NCBI GenBank assembly: GCA_002633005.1
Contig: NMRA01000246.1
Location: 363,856 to 427,855, forward strand
Source of the DNA: Phoronis australis
Taxonomy: Eukaryota; Animalia; Phoronida
Direction: 5' to 3'
Length of the DNA: 64,000 nucleotides
The notes beneath the pieces are model-generated. The model ran no database searches. It was not told the DNA's origin and worked only from the letters and a program-made list of their open reading frames with translations. Made by a program: the position numbers and the translations under genes. This document shows, in pieces, positions 36,597 to 51,400 of this stretch (position 1 is the first letter of the stretch; each line of letters opens with the position of its first letter).

Positions 36597-39500
36597 CTAA
36601 AAAAAACGAAATACCTTTTAAAGTTTCCATTGAAGTGCTATCCTAGACAGCGTTCAATAGACGTGAGAACATTGCTAAAAGCAAGATCACCCAAAGCCTC
36701 GCAAAATCACGCCTGTGAAGAGCGTGCCTTTGACCGTATCATCGAGACCTTACTAGCATCTTCTGTTAAACAGCAGCAACTGAAGTGATTGGTTGATGAA
36801 AGTGGACTATGGAATGGTGTAGTATTCATGGAATGTTGGGACAGAATTCGCTGTGTCTGTTCCATAAACGAAATTTCTCGTAGCAAATACATGACTATTA
36901 TCCTGGCGTTACTTCAAAGCTAATCAGTGTATTTCCTGAGCCACATTTCGTGATAATTGCCACTTGTTAATTTACACTACATGACCTTAACAGAGAGCAA
37001 CAACCGGGACGTATTTCAAAACTGTTATGCATTTTCGACAAAGCCTGGATCCATATTTCATTAAGAGCACTGTGAACATTTTATTATTTGTGTTTACAAT
37101 ATCGATGCACTATGGTTCGAAAAGTTGGATCGTTTATGTGCAAAATATGTTTTACGTGTTTATTGATAGCATAATTGCGAATTAACACCACTTTGACGCT
37201 GGCAGATATTACCTTGCAGCTAAATTCAAGGCAAAGGTAAAGCAGTGGGTGCATTATGGAAGAACTCCACTTGCAGACAAACATTTCCGTTATCTATGAA
37301 GCCAACGGTTCTAAGAAAATTGCACGTCTTGGTGGACAGGCTTGATTTTTCAGGAGTGATCCAGGTAATTATTGGGCATTACAACGTAGCTCGGTTTGGA
37401 AACACATCGGCACTATTTTGGCTTTTTCAAACCTACTATGTGTGTGTAGTATGAAACCGAGCCTAAACAGCATTTAGCAGAGATTTGCTATGTTTACCAA
37501 GGGCTTCACAGTGGTCTACAACAACAAAAGCCGGTTATAGTTTCAATGAAGGCAAATGAAATCTCTCAATTCCCTCTGCACAGTCATTTGACGTAGTCGC
37601 GACCCCAGCTACAATTCTTGAAATTTCAGTGGCAGAAGGGCTGAGTCTAATCGTGGAAAGGTAAATTACAGAGTAAGCCAGTCCTCAACGGTCTGTTTGG
37701 ATATATGTGCTACACTTAAAATCTGATCGGGGAGCACCCCATCGCAGCAACTGGTTGTCAATTGATGAAGACGAAAGGCCCCTGTCACTGATTCTTAACA
37801 GCTACGTACGAGAATGGCCAAAAGAATGCAAAGCTACTCGGTCGTCAACCGTCTTTCAGCCTTGGAGGTAGACGTGCTATCCTGGTTGCGATTGGCGTCA
37901 CTTTTGCGATAGTTAACAGTCGAACAGGTTGGGGTTATCACATCTGTTACAGGAATAACACCATTGCTTAGGGGTCTTGACGCCACGGTGTGTACACCAA
38001 AAACAAATGTCAAACAACGCATTTTTGGAGTTAGATCTGTCTTCGGCAACAATGACTTTCGCAACCGTCCAGACGACTGATCAAAAAATTGTATGTACAG
38101 GGAACCTGCTAACTAACTTTCCCAAATGACGTACATGTACATTCATGTCTCGTTGTTCAGATAAATAAATAAGCCGGACGAACTGGCTGGGTCGTTAACG
38201 GACAGTTGTACTCTGAGATTATATGTCTCTGACATTGGGTTTTAGCCAGTTTAACTTCAGGCATTGGCGTCTTCTTTCTCCATACCGAACTCGTGACACA
38301 ATTTTATTTAGAAGATAACAGAACTTCTCCATTAGTAAAACACCCTTACCTTCATTGCAACGTACCCCCTCTCTGATAAAGTATACCCTTCCAGTTGTTT
38401 CAGAATGTCAGCGCAGGCACAGCTCACGTGAATTTTTAACGCTGGAATAGCAAGTAACTTAAAAATCTATTCTTGAACAACTAGTGTCAAACATTCTAAT
38501 CCGACTCAAACAAAAAATCAGAGGAAAGAAGCACCTGTGGTCGTGTAATAAATAAGTATAGATCAATTTGTCGGGCACATCAGTAAAAAAGCTATATTCT
38601 CGAAATAGCCGCACCATTTTGAACATTCACTATACCGCCAGACGGCGATCAGATCTTTGGTGGGCAGACGTTCAACGCTACTTACAGATCCCGACTATAA
38701 TGTGGACGGGAGGTTTCAAATTACTGGTAGTAACAGCGTTTTAACACCTTTCCTACTATGAGGGCGAATTTCCAGTGCTGTGCGGTGGGGTGAACTAATG
38801 TTTTTACGGGAAAAGGTAAACCTCTTGAAATATCCATGGGTGAAGGGCATCATGTTTTATAGTCAAGTATAGAGCTGAAAAAGCCAACGTGTTACTTTGT
38901 TATGTTACATAACTTAAATGAAAATAGTAAAAATTTGAAATCTTCAGCATAGGAACCTTCGAATATGAACCCAACTGAAAGTATAGAGATAAGAAGTTGG
39001 TTTTAATGGCGAGATACGTACGTAACCCATTCGACTCCATTCTCGACGCTGTGTTCACGGTGTCCCCGAAAAGACAGTAGCGAGGCATTGTCAAGCCAAC
39101 TACACCGGATACACAGGGACCTTAAGAATGTAGAAAGGATTGTATAATAATTAAATTGGGATAAAAACTGGCTGACTGCTTACAAAGTTTACTTTCCTTC
39201 AGGGAAATTTAATTTTTATTATATGAACAAATAAATTACACACCAGGTCAAAACGATGTAAGCATGAAACTTTTGTCGACCATGGCTGGGGTCTAAGATC
39301 TCAATCGACTCGAAAATTGACCAATTGTATACCGCGTTTAGATTAAACTTACAAATGTGTACTTGACTGATACAGTGGGATTCGAGTCTGAGCGTGAGTG
39401 GTGTCTGAGTTCAAGATCTGTGCCCAGGGTCTAATCTCGAAATTTAACTTGGTGTTCCATGATTCGTGTATACACTTGTAAGTTTGCATGAAACGTGCCC

Positions 39501-42500
39501 TAAAATTGGTCAAATTTCTCGTAAAGTTCCACAAACAAATTCGACAAGTACCAGCCCAGGGTTTAGTCTCTAAACTTAGACTCGACTCAGACTCGGATTG
39601 AAACCTTTATTAACCAGTCGTCTCGCATTATTCGATGACACTGGAAAAGTGCCTTGCAATTGGTCAATTTTTGAGTCGAGTTTATAGTACAAGGTTTAAC
39701 CCTGACACAGGTCCAGGTCCTGGGACTGCCAAGTCCAAAATGAACCATGAATTTGTAAAACGACCCGTTCTGGTCACGGGCGCGGATATAGCTTGGCATA
39801 GACTTTGTTGCGTGCCAATGGCCTGGGCATATTTTACGGTAATTTAATTAATACTATAAGTTGTCACATAAATTGATTGAAAAACAGCAGACTAACCCGT
39901 GTGAATTCCAATGCGGAGTTTCAATATGTCATTCGGCCGATGTTTAATTCTAAATTCTTTAATACCACGGAGAAGGTGGAGAGACATCGACGCTATTTCT
40001 CCAGCATGCAACATCCCGTTCTTTTGAGGAAGTCCAGACACGCACATGTATGCATCACCAATAGTTTCTACTTTGTACACATCGTAGCTCTTTATGATTG
40101 AATCGAACAAAGTGTAAAGATCATTTAGAAGATCGACCACCTAAATGATGAGTAATTGAAGCCCATTAATAAGTGTATTACACACAAAAGATTCACAAAC
40201 TTGCTACTTCCCTTGACGTGTCCACGTTTCTTTTTTCAATCAATCGCCATCTGACAATTAGATGAACTTGAGGAAATTAAGACCACATCAGAGTTCAATC
40301 ACGCTTAGTACCTCGCTAGAAAACGGGATCTCGAGAGATTCATTGAGATTGTCGTGTATTTTCAATGAGAGCGAGACAGTGATTCTGGTTTGATTTTTCT
40401 CGCCGAGAGACATTTATTGAACTTTATACAGATCCAAGAATTATCCAGAAAGTCCTCACACTTTGCCAAAGTCCAATTTCGGTTATGAACCGACATGTCT
40501 TTTATACAGTAAAGTGCCATTGTGTTGAAGACAAAATCTGGACCTGGGGCAACTCGGCGTAGAGAACCCATGACTCACTCCCTTAGCCACGACTTCGCGT
40601 GTTCCGAAATACATTTGCATGTATTCCATTTTAGTTAAGTGTAGACAAGTAGTATACTATCAACTGGAAATTATACATGTAGCAAATTGTGGACTTTAAC
40701 ATCAATAAATAACTTTACAATCTGACTTTTTATTATTTTGGAAGAAAAGAAGTGCCCTTCTCTCTGAGCAACAGTAACAGGACAATCAAGGCTATAAAAA
40801 CTCCCAAAACCCAAGGGGGTGACAATGCGTTGATTGCGACAATATACATGTATGCCATCACATTGTAATGAAACCAATTGTCGCCCATGAAAGCATCTCC
40901 CTTTACCGAAATCACATGGGTGTGTTTGTGTGGGTTTGCGCTCGTTCAAATACTTTTGCATATCACGAATCGAGATATAGTAACCCACAGTTATCACCAC
41001 CTACGTTTTATGCAGTACACTGTAACATATATTTAGTATTTGCATTTAAGAAAGGCGCTAACCTGAATAGGTGTGCTTTCAGAAGATAAAGCTGTGAACC
41101 CACAGATGTCACTGAAGTATATGGTAATTGAATGATGGGTTTCAGGAATAACTGCTTCTCCCAGCTTGAGTCTTTCGGCTACACTCCTATTTAATTAACA
41201 TAGACTTTATCACACTGGCGCACACAACCACATTTAGTACTCAACGCTCTCTACTCATGCATCACACGGGTATGATTGTTACATCAGTCGTACTACATTG
41301 CTTTATGATCTAGAAATTGTTAAGAGTCAAATGAGAATGATTTTATAACAGTAAGTACACCCGTCAACCAAAAGGTTTTGTCGAAGCTGTGCTTGTATTG
41401 TTCCTTAGGCACATTTTAAATGTCCTTGTACCTGGGCAGCATTCTGTGAAGGAGTGTTTCCGTTTTTTTCTTCTCTTCAACCAACTCTTCAGTTCTTTCA
41501 AAAACCAATTCTTCTAGATTGTTGGCGTACTTTTCCATTATGGCAATCATGTTGTCAAAGATGTTACGCTTCCTAAAACAAATATAGGTTGGCACTGGGG
41601 TTTCGACTAATATCCTGGGGTGACTAACTCGAAGTCATCTTACCTTAAGGTCACCTTAAGTAAGTGTCTCATTGACAATAGGTACGAATTCGATAAGTTG
41701 AAATCATCTTAGCGCCACCTTAGTGTTAGGTTGCCTTAAAGACGTATTTGCATGCTCCTAACTATGCTAATGTGCATCAAGACTTAAACGACTAAGCTAT
41801 TTTAACATAATCTACGTTAAGCAGGGTGCAGTTGTATTCACTGACACCTTGCAAATGTGAAAACAAACAATTCTGCAAATAGGCGACCTTTGCACTTATG
41901 ACGTATCTCGCGGGCTTACATAGCCCTTATCGTGCAGTGTTATTCCCCAGCACCAGGTCACGTTACTTACTGAAGTGATTTGCGGTGGATAATTTTCGCC
42001 ACAAAACTTGTTAAAAAATTGGCAATTTTCAACCTGCTTCACATTCACATTGTCTCTATAACTTGTTTTTTAACTAATTCTGTCAAGCATGCAATCAGAC
42101 AGATAAGGAAGTAGCCTGCAAGATCCACTTGAACTTGCACTGAATAGTCATTGCGACTTAAGGTGGCCTCGAGGTCACCTTTGCACCACCTTATCGTTGA
42201 ACTGCAATTACCTGTATAAAAAATGCACTTACTGTTGAATTTGTCGTTGTTTACATGTATGTGTGTATGTATATCAATTAATAAGATTGTTGTCGAAATT
42301 GTTGTTGTTATTTTCAATTGAATAGGCTACAATTATTTTTTAAACAAACCGTTATATTGTTATTAAAATTTTAGTTAGTGGAGTATTATTAATGTCATTA
42401 TTATTATCTTTATTATTTAGTAATTATATAGTATTTTTCTATTTCTATTTCTATTACAATTTATGAGCGTTTTCAGGCCTATGCGCCTACATCCGAAATT

Positions 42501-45406
42501 TTTTTTGGTCAAATGCGTTACGATAACGCCGTTATCCAAAAACCCAGCAAATGAGCGCATGCCCTTACTTGTGAACCTGCGCCTAATTGTGGAACTTAGG
42601 CAGATGTAGCTCTTAACGAGGGACCACAAGTGACGATAGTTTGGGTTCTTTTGACAACTTAATGAATAGGTCTTGGATTTTTGCCAAAATTTTGCCTTGC
42701 AGCGTTTTGAATCTACTGCGATTACTGATTTTTTCGGGTTGTGTAGTTGTGTTGCCTCAGACGAAACAGCCGTTTGTATATAAATACACAAAACGTTTTG
42801 AGAGTGGCGTTCATGAAATAATATCCCACGAGACATTATTCCGGGTATCGACCCAGACCGAATATCATTTTTTCCGCAGAATTTTTAAATACTTCACTCA
42901 GACTGTTCACGTGGCGGATCACATCCTATATGTATGTTCTTGCGCGTTAGGCTGCAAGCTTTCTCTAGTAAAAGAAACAGCTTTAAATGTGACTATTTAT
43001 CACTTGAAAATAGATAACAAAGATAAAAACAAGGTTTTTCATTGAACTTCTAAAATTTCCTGAAAATAGTTAAATAACAACAATATTTGATATTATAGTT
43101 ACCGAGGAATCGGTGCCTGGGTTGCAGACGTTGAATAAAAACTGAGACAGAACTCTCATATAATTAACAGTCCTGTTCCAGATGTTACCATTGAGACCTG
43201 GTTGTACATGTATGTTGAGCGTTATTTACACTACTATAATTGTATTACTTTTAACTATTTTCCGAAAGTTTGGTGATCGAACCGGCTAACGACGTCGAAT
43301 CGGCATTGACCAACCTTTTGAACTTTCCATATCAGAGGTCACGGTTGAAGTATTGCGGGTGGTGAATACGGAAAACGTTATTACATGGCCGTATTTCCCT
43401 CGACAGATTCAACGCGTATGGGATAAATGTCACTATTGCCACTAGGACTTTTTTCTACGACTGCATGGTATGACGCATGTGAATGTGCTACATAACAGCC
43501 ATGTCTGCTACGACACATGACAAAGTTTAATGCTCGCTATCAGAACTGATGGTAATAATCGTTAACTCTTATGACTGAACTGCCTCCTACATGTACATTA
43601 TCAACGCCTTTAACAATATCCACTTTAAAGACAATTTCACCCAATTTTTCTTTTATCCTGTTCGATAATCACACAATACCACATAGGCAGATTTAGGGGG
43701 ACCCAGGCCCCCCCCCTTAGCTGCCGCAAAAAATAAAACAGCAAGAGCGTAGGGAAATGTTGAGTTTATTAATTAACCCCGGTAATTGCGGTTTTAGTGT
43801 TGGGGGGAGGGGTGGCGCTGCGCACTACGACTCCGTTTCCGTCGTCTGCTCCAATGTGCAATGAAGAAAATTTACTTCATCTTTTAAAGAAAATGGAACC
43901 TGAGTGACGATGAAAAAACAGAAGCTGTTGCTGAGATGTGAATTTTAATCGAAGCCTTAGTGAATCACTCAGAAACTCGCAATTCTCTCTTTGTCAAACC
44001 TTAAGACGATTTCCAAGGCAATCCCGTCATTATTGCCAACACGAAAAACGGATTTGGTCTTTTGGGCATTTAAAAACTATTTTCAATACAGCAAATTTGT
44101 TAAGAACCCATTGCACAAACTGTAAAATGTGTAATAAGCATTACAAAAAGAAGTAGGTTTCGCGCGCAAACCCTGTGAACCATAAACAATTAAGTCTCTT
44201 GGTATCAGAGTAGGAGTTAAAGCGTGGTGGTGTAGTGGTAAAGCAGGCGCACTCTATCCGCCAGGTCGTGACTTCGAGTCTGTGGTACTTGCAGATTTTC
44301 CTGTTTGACACGTTCTCCGTGTTTCTTTGCCTTTTTTCTTGGATAATACGTCAGTAATCAAGGAAAAAACAGAAAAATTTCCGACCTCCCCCCATTCGGC
44401 CGACTGACTGACCCTAGGGTCACCTTGATACGCTTTGAGTTAGTCATTTTGGACAACCGTGTAATTCTAATGAAGGATGTTTCAAGGTAACCTTAATTTA
44501 CGGCTCCACGTAACTTAAGGTGGCTTCAAGATAGTCACATGTTGCAACTGCTTATATTTTTTCCATGAGCATGTTTTGGTGTTAACTTGCTTTGTTCCAG
44601 GATGATCTAGGCTCCTTAAACGGAGATTCTCTACCCGAAACAGCCGACAGGATACAGAACTGTTTCTATATTCTTATATATAAGTGTTTGACACGTATTT
44701 TTATACTGTTTTGTTCAAATTGCTCTACTTACATTCCCTTCCCTATGGGCTTAAGGTACTTCTTGCACGCTTGAAAATCGGGTCTTTCGTCAGCATCTTC
44801 AGCCCAACACGTTTTCATCACGTCGACAATGAATCCTTCGCACTCCAGTGTTTCACAGGCTGGTCGGAAGCGTCGATGTTGCCCTGCTTTTTTAACCATG
44901 TTAATTATCTCTGGAAATCAGTGATAACTCTCACATTTCACTAGACAGTAACGATATGAATGAAAAGTGTTTGTTGACCAATAAAATGCGGTTTACATGT
45001 TTAAAATCGACACCGACGCATCAAACAATAACATTCCAGTCAGCAATTTTGAGCTAGAAAGAATCAAGAAATGGACCAAGTTTGTTTGTTACTGGATATT
45101 ACATGTAAAATCAAATTTCTCGAAGTGCGAAGTAAATACAGATTAAGTATTTCAACTTAGCGCATTCGCGCGTGAGTTAGAGTCAATAATCATATTGGGG
45201 AGACGCATGACAAGAGGGAGAAGACGGTTAAGAAAAAGAAAAAGAAGATAATGATGATCCTTACGATGTTGATGATGGCGATGAGGATGAAGATGACGAT
45301 GAAGATGATGATGAAGGTGGTGGTGATGGTGATGTTGATGATGTTGATGATGATGTTGATGGTGTTGATGGTGTTGATGATGTTGATGTTGATGATGATG
45401 TTGATG

Positions 45407-45438
<32 letters not shown>

Positions 45439-48400
45439 GATGATGATGGTGTTGATGATGATGTTGATGATGATGATGATGTTGATGATGATGATGATGA
45501 TGATGTTGATGGTGATGTTGATGATGTTGATGTTGGTGTTGATGATGTTGACGATGATGTTGATGATGATGATGTTGATGGTGATGTTGATGATGTTAAT
45601 GATGTTGACGAAGCACTCGTGGAACAATAAAGAAACCTAGAACGTCGCGAGTAAATTTTTAAAGACTTTCTTAGTTAAGTAACATACGCTCAGCATCCAA
45701 GTCACCAGTGTCGTAAGGGGCAGATCTCGACATGATTTCAAATAGAATGATGCCGAAGGAGTACACGTCTCCCTTCTGTGTTCCTTGTGGAGGGGCTGAA
45801 GGGTTCCGTAAAAGTTCAGGTGCTGTCCAGAACAGTCCTAAAATGTTCAGAAATGACGATAATGTGTTTTCGCATCGTTTGATAATTTGATCACAAGAAG
45901 ACCATTAAACAGTGCGTCATTGTGTCGGCGTTGGGTTCGACCCATTCCGGTCCTGTCTCTGCCAACCAATGCTACCTGATTATTAAACCCGTTCAACTGA
46001 AAGTCACTTTCAGACGTTAAGAAACACCTACTTCGCAATTGGCGAGTTGGGTAAAATCTCAGCTCGTCATTTCGGATTTGAGGTCGCCAAATTTTAGTAC
46101 TGCGGACGACTGATAGGTGTCGCTTGCGATGCAACCTTTGTAATGCTTACGCTGCCGCCGGGCGGCGGACCAGGTCTAGTAGACCACGACCAAACACGGC
46201 AAAAAACGCAACTGTTACAGAGAGAAATTGGGGATTTCTAATGTAGTGTTAGTTATTCATTAACCTCCTATGTTAGAAAGTAAGCATGCGTATCCGATCT
46301 GTTGTCAGCAACTTTGTAATCAGTCATGTTCATGTTGGAATAGAGAGCTTTTTCCAGAGCAATGTCCCAGTTCCCTCAGAAGCAGCGTGACAATTGATGT
46401 TTTGTTTATGCACCTCGGCCCCGTTTATAAGTGGAACTTGCACGGCAGTTCCTCATCTCTGTGATTGCTTGGTCAAATTAATTAGAAGCATATAGCGACG
46501 TTGTGACTATGAAGTCGGTTGAAAATTGTGAAATTGTGTCGTATATGATCCGCCGTAAATTACTCACCCGTGTCCAATAAGTATCGTGACGTGGTGTTGG
46601 GCAATAAAACTACATGATGCAAGCGATGGGAGCCCCCAAAGAACGTCATTTGTGCAAAGGTCACCTATTTGTAGACTTTTTGTTTTCACATTTACATGTA
46701 TAAGTTGTCAATGAATGCAATGACTGCACTTTGTTTAAGGTAGACGATGTTCAAATAGCATTGTCGACTAATTGCTGCTGTACATTTAGTTAGGAGCATG
46801 CAAATACATTTTTAATAGTCTGCTCATTGCTACGCCAGTCATGATCTTGGTGTGACAACTGAGCTATCACAACTTATCTGCTACATTCTTTGGCAGGCTG
46901 TTGCCATAGCACGTCCTGTGTACGATATTTACAAACACGATTCTCACGCTTATACCAGCTATCATAGTGTTATAAGTACGTAAACGCGTTTCCCGAAGTA
47001 CTTACACCGTTTATACTCAATTCACACACAGAAATGCACTGAGATATAGGTGCTAACAATCTCTCCTGAAACAAAGATTACCCTGTCGCTTTGTCTCACT
47101 GAAACGGACCTATGTTCTAAAAATGTTCTAAAATTTGATCCTATTACAGAAGTACACGATGATGTCTCCGGTAACTTACTAGACACCTTGCATTAAAACA
47201 TTCATTTTCCATTGTACATAAGTCTTTTATCTCGTTTGAAAGACATCGATGGCGTAAAAAGGCGCACCCCTGCGTAGTAATTGATGCAGAAAATGCTAAC
47301 GTCGCTATGATATATTTCTGAGAAATCTTGTCAACTTGCCACAAATCTTAAAAAAATCTTATGTTTCACATGTTTTAAAGACTTCTAAAACAAATACGCA
47401 ACTCGAAAATGTGTTCTTTTTTCAATGCTGAAACAGGCAAAGACTTCTCTTTTAAAATATTCGAAATTTTAATTCGTATTTTAAGTCGCTGCCAATAGAT
47501 ATGAACTTTTTCAAAAGGTAAATTTAGGTTTATTATATTTTTCATTGTCACCTTTGCTAGAAGGTTGGACTGAAGTATGAATTTCCATCGATGCACGTTT
47601 TATCGTGAGATATCAATCCATGATTCACAATGATACAACTGCATACTGCCGCAGCGTAACTGGGGGTCCTCTCCAGACGGCATCCCGAAAATGAGGTGGG
47701 CGGCAGACCTACACCCCAATGGGTGACGGCAAACAACCGAGGGACAGCGCAAACCGCATGGGCGGAGCAGCACTGAAATAAGTGGAAGAAACTATACCCA
47801 CACCCCCCTATAGTGCGCCTCTCATGAACCGTAGTGAGGGGTGAGAGGTGATTTGATGCCGCCGAGGGGACTGTAGCGCTCGAAATTTCTAGCGATCGGG
47901 AGAGAGGATAGAGGCTGCGACGCAGAGGTACTGCAATATTTAACGACCAGAGAGAACGATAAACGTTGAGAGAAGTTCACACACAGCAGCTTTATTTTTG
48001 ACGGCCTTTGATTAAGACTTTTCATTACGTTATGTAATTAAGCACACACGATTACTTACTTGAGTATTTTTCTTGTTCATGTTCGTGGCTTCGACCATGA
48101 TTTTGTTTAAATTCGTGAAGACCAAAATCCGAAATCTTCAGTACCCATCTACTATCAATGTAGCACGTTGATGAGCGAAGGTTGCCATGGGAACCAATTT
48201 CACTTCCATGCAAGTATATCATTCCCTGAAATATATGAAAATATTCAAAATTCTCCGGGTGCAAACCTTCAAAACATGTTTCGGTCCTACAACAGTCTTA
48301 CACCCTATTTTAAGGTAACTGGTGTTCTTCTATAATTTTGACACCCGAAAATATCTGCCAGTCCTACTGTACCTATAGCGCCACGAGTCTACCTGTACTC

Positions 48401-51400
48401 ATGATGCCAGTTTTTAAAGTTATTAAAACTCTTTTAAGACAAATGTTGACATAAACTCAACAAAAAAGATATTTCAAATGCAGGAAGGTGCTATTGTGAC
48501 AGCTTGAGCTTTCAGTCTCACCAGCAAGGAAAGTTCTTTTATTCGAATGAGAGATTGAAACATCAAGCGTTAGCATGAATACTTTAGAGACCAGCCTTTT
48601 CTAATTATCTATCTGCCTATGTTCAGTTGCAATCTACTTCAAGAACTACAAGCGTGTTGAAGTTTGTCGATTACCTTTAAAATATCGTTTATCAGCGAAG
48701 CGTGAAACATTCTGTCCAGATTAACATCATCGTTTGACAACATGTCTTGAAGTGTCCCTTTAGGACAGTATTCAAAAAGTATACAGACGTTGGGATGGTC
48801 CACGCATGCGCCGATGAAGAGGGTTATGTTGTCATGTCTCAAGTCCCGCATCTACATGTGGGAAGAAAATATCATGTAAAAGATACTGTATGGCACAATA
48901 ATTTGACAGTTTTGAAGTTGTGAAAGTAATTAGTCAAAAATAGTCTAATACAGGTGTGCTTGTTTATGAACTTTTGTATATACGCATGTACAAATGAGTC
49001 ACTGTGGCTACAACTTATACACTGGACTTTTGTTTGTCATGTGACACAAGAGACCAACATAGGGCGTATCCAAGTGAACCTCAAGACCACGCGGCAGGCA
49101 ACCAAAATGTTATTCGATTAGATTCGTATCGCTTTTCCTCTCCCACGTACAGTTCTGTAGGTCTTAATGAGGCATGATCAGCGACAGATACATGTAAAGC
49201 ACGGAAAAACGCAAGGTCGAGCAGACGGGTTACACCAAATTACCTCAGAAACCACGGGGATTTTCCACCATATTACTTCATTTTTTACGTGAATGTACTT
49301 TTTATGTTTTTATTTTCACAAAAATCTGCGAGGCCATGACTTTTGACTTGTTCCCTATTGACTCGTTTGACCTTCAGGGACCGCCCAGCAAGATCGCTTG
49401 GCTAGGTGTGATGTACTCTAAAACTAAGACAAGGTGTCCATGTTGGCAACGTCTGTAGTTTACTGTTATCGCAATTCGCGTCTTCCACTGGTGCAAGTCA
49501 ATTTCGTTTCCATCTCTCGTAGATTCGCGCTCTTTTTACGTGATTTAGCCTCTCGCGTGAAGCACTGCGAAAGGTTTCTATTGCCTAAAGATTCTATATC
49601 ATGAATTTCGAATTTACAAAGTCTTACAACTAAACAACTGCTGTTACTATGTTGCCATATAATGGTCCAACATGCCAAAGGCTATACTTTTGGTACCTTG
49701 CAAATGTTTTGTTCATCATGTTCACCTATCTACAAAAGTACACGCCTATCCTGCTACAAGTTGATGATAAATCAGTGAAAATCGATAAAATCTCTACCAC
49801 CGTAGCACAAAAGGTAAAGTGCCCTAGTAGATTTTCTAAATCCTGTAAAAATTTGGTGAATTTTCATTGACGTGACATGGTGAAATTCGGTGTGTCATTA
49901 TTTTTCCGCTTTGAGGGTTGGGGGTGAGGGTGGGAGACATTCGGATACCTAGAAGGGATTTTGAAAGAGCCTGAGTTTAGGGACAAGAAAATTTTCAATT
50001 TCTACCTTGAGAAATAGAAAAAGCTACAACCGAATTTTCCGTGTTGCACTGGCTCGCATTTGCCCCCACTAATACCTGTAAGTGTTGATTATCAGTGTTT
50101 TTCACAATACTTCAATTATGAAATGCATAGTTTGATACATGTATATTGCGTAATTTTGGATGTAACCACAAAATTATTTTGCTCACCTGCTTCAATTCTA
50201 GCTTGATATTTCGAGTGATGTCAATACTCTTTTTGGGTATCCATTTAATACTGACGAATTGCCCTCTGTAAATGCCTATGGCGTCACGCGAGTGTACATG
50301 TTTATCACCGTAAGTGCTGCCAGGAGCCGTCGATTGACAGAGGCTAACGTTTGGGGGAACTGTCGTTGGTGTCTGAAAGAAACTAATGCTTTTTGAGTTA
50401 TCAGTCTTTGAAATGCAATTAAGTACGCAACTAAAGTCATCTGTTTGAGTTTACTTATTATTCAATCAAAAATTGAACCATGATAACGGCACTTAAAGTC
50501 GCGGGTTGTAAACACGCCTTGCGACACAAAACAAATTTTGATTTAGAGCACATATTGTTTAAAAATGGTCTCAAATAAATTGTTCCTCGGCATACTTTAA
50601 GTGATTTCATGGCTTCGAAAGAACGAAGTTCTGCAAGTTGACTTGTCACGCCGAATTTATTTAATTCGATGAGCGTGGCCACAAGGATTATGGATTGCTA
50701 GATTTTTAGGAGACCGGAATAAGGAATATGTTCAGGCTAATAATGTTGCAGTAAACTATCTCTTACTCTAAGATTAGTTTCTTCGACGCACAACGGGTTT
50801 ATTGCACCTTTAAACTATAAAACCTGTTGTCAATAGCAACTTTCATGACGGCTTTGCACGTCCTAGGCAAAAATGACGAGGCTACGCTCGTGAACTTGTA
50901 CTTAACTGTTGTATTGGTGATTGACATTAAAAGCAAGAACGTAACATTGAAAAAAGAACGTAACATTGAAAAAGTAGGCGTGGTTTGCAAAAAGAAAAAT
51001 GTCACTTTAAACGCAACGTTGGTGTTATTAAATTGAATGTTTATACAGTTAATAAGTTCGAATTTCAGTTAGGAGTTATTAATGATTATGAATGCACAGT
51101 GAAACTTGCCATATAACAAAATCATCATTCTTTTTCACGCACTGGAACAACACATCTAATTCTATGACGTAATTAAACACTACCCTAGCAGAATTCAACT
51201 ACCCCGTTGAAGTGTTTCCGTCTGTTTTCGATTCGAGAATCGGCTAAGTACAGTAGAGACTATTCAGTGCCACCATAGCTCATAGACAGCAGATTCACAA
51301 GTCCGATACTTTCGTATGGAATTCTCAGAAGAGGTGGCACTTTCTGGTTAGTGATCGAGCAGATGATTTACTTGCTGAAAGTACAATCGTGACTCAAACC

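Noticed and set aside
45190-45640. Poly-Ile/Asn and poly-Met ORFs as membrane proteins
   Set aside because: Intronic microsatellite.
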